From NCBI RefSeq assembly GCF_006345805.1, contig NC_043001.1:122574001-122638000 (forward strand): 64,000 nucleotides of DNA, given 5' to 3'. The position numbers and the translations under genes are program-made. This document shows positions 62,649 to 64,000 of this stretch, piece by piece (within the stretch, counting starts at the first letter, position 1; each line of letters starts with the position of its first letter). The notes under the pieces are model-generated. The model searched no databases and was not told the DNA's origin. It saw only the letters and a program-made list of their open reading frames with translations. This DNA is from Octopus sinensis (lineage: Eukaryota).

Positions 62649-64000
62649 ATATATATATGTGTGTGTATATATATAAATTGTGTTTCCTTCTGGAGCCATG
62701 CCAGACTCATAAGGGCCGGTTTCCTGGTTTCAGTGGCGTATAAATTCTCCCATCTGGACGACACCACGGTCTACCCGCAGGATTGCTCATTTTTGCCATG
62801 TGAGTGGACTGGAGCAATGTGAAATGAAGTGTTTTGCTCAAGAACACAACGCATCACCCGGTCCAGGAATCGAAACCACACTCTTACGATCAGGAGTCCA
62901 ACACCCTAACCACTAAGCGCCGCGCATCCACACACACACACACGTATGTATATATATATATATATACGTATATGTGTGTGTCTGAGTTTAACCCTTTCAC
63001 CACCGATTGACGACTGGTGTTGGTTTGTTTACATCTCCATAACTTAGTGGTACGTTAAAAAGGCCAACAGAATAAGTACATAAGTATCAGACCTACAAAA
63101 GTAGTTACTGGGCCGATCTGTTTGACTAAGCCCTCCAAGGCGGTGCCCCAGCATGACCCATAGCCCGTGACTGAGATAAGCAAAAGATAAAAGATCATTT
63201 GTACAAAACTCTGAGGATTAAGGACGGGGTTTTTTTTTTTATAAATATCCACATTATGTATGTCGGTATGTAGATACGTATGTATTCTCCATGTGGCATT
63301 TTCACTAATTGACCGCATTTTTCAGTCTTTCTCAAAATCCTATCCTTTAGACTTGCTTCATCCATAGCCAAATATGTCGGTTGTTTTGCTAAACGCAGAT
63401 TTTAGTGGTTGAGCGTCACAACACTTAACACAATAGACAGCAAAACCGCTAACCTTACTAAGTCAACATAGAGCAGCGGCAGTGGATGAATATTTCCGGT
63501 TTCAGTACATTTTCCTTCACTCCAGGCAAACTTGATGACATTGTTGTTTTTATTCAGATAATCTTTCGTCGTATTTAGTTTATTTCAATGAAGCATCACT
63601 ATGTATCTTAGATCATAATATCAATGACCTCTTGCCATCTATAAAAGGCTGCCTTCATGAAGGTTGCATATGTTTGGTTTACAGTATTTATTTATTTATT
63701 CACATAATGATTACTTGGGAGGTATGAAGTATTTATATCCACTTTTTCATGTTCTTGTAGATAAACGAATATTTTATTTTTTCTCTTAATTTACCGCCCT
63801 GTCACACAAACTCCATAGTATTACATTTGGCATTTACAAAAATTATTCCCGTTTCTTTTGGCTAAGTGTGTGATAGGATTCAAGAATTCGGTGTCATACG
63901 ATTGGAAGATTAGTTCTGACGTGTGTGTGTGTGTATACATACACACATATGTATTTACACGATGAGTCCCACACATGTATCAAATTCACTCAGGCAGCAT

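Overview
AT-rich, repeat-dense animal genomic DNA. The SINE, RTE and MITE families look like those of Octopus or another coleoid cephalopod (inferred from recalled repeat consensus). The window holds one long plus-strand gene of about 20 coding exons (about 12617-56894). Spliced by hand, it encodes a ~590-640 aa PLP-dependent class-V aminotransferase of the SufS/CsdB-like (group II) cysteine desulfurase type, with motifs YCDFTASGR, YGNTHT, GPYEHYSN, SAASNVTG, WDYATSAPY, SPHKFVGGPG, EEGGTP, RGGCACAGPY and RPGFVRL. One intron must use a GC donor, and the last exon carries an apparent 1-nt frameshift. The rest is transposon-derived: three or four tRNA-SINE families, RTE/CR1/Tx1 LINE fragments, a decayed Tc1/mariner transposase, Helitron-, piggyBac- and other MITE-like elements, micro- and minisatellites. 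Several long intronic hairpins/inverted repeats and hammerhead-ribozyme-like motifs are also present. Exon coordinates were counted by hand; repeat boundaries are approximate (about +/-10-20 nt). No database search was run.
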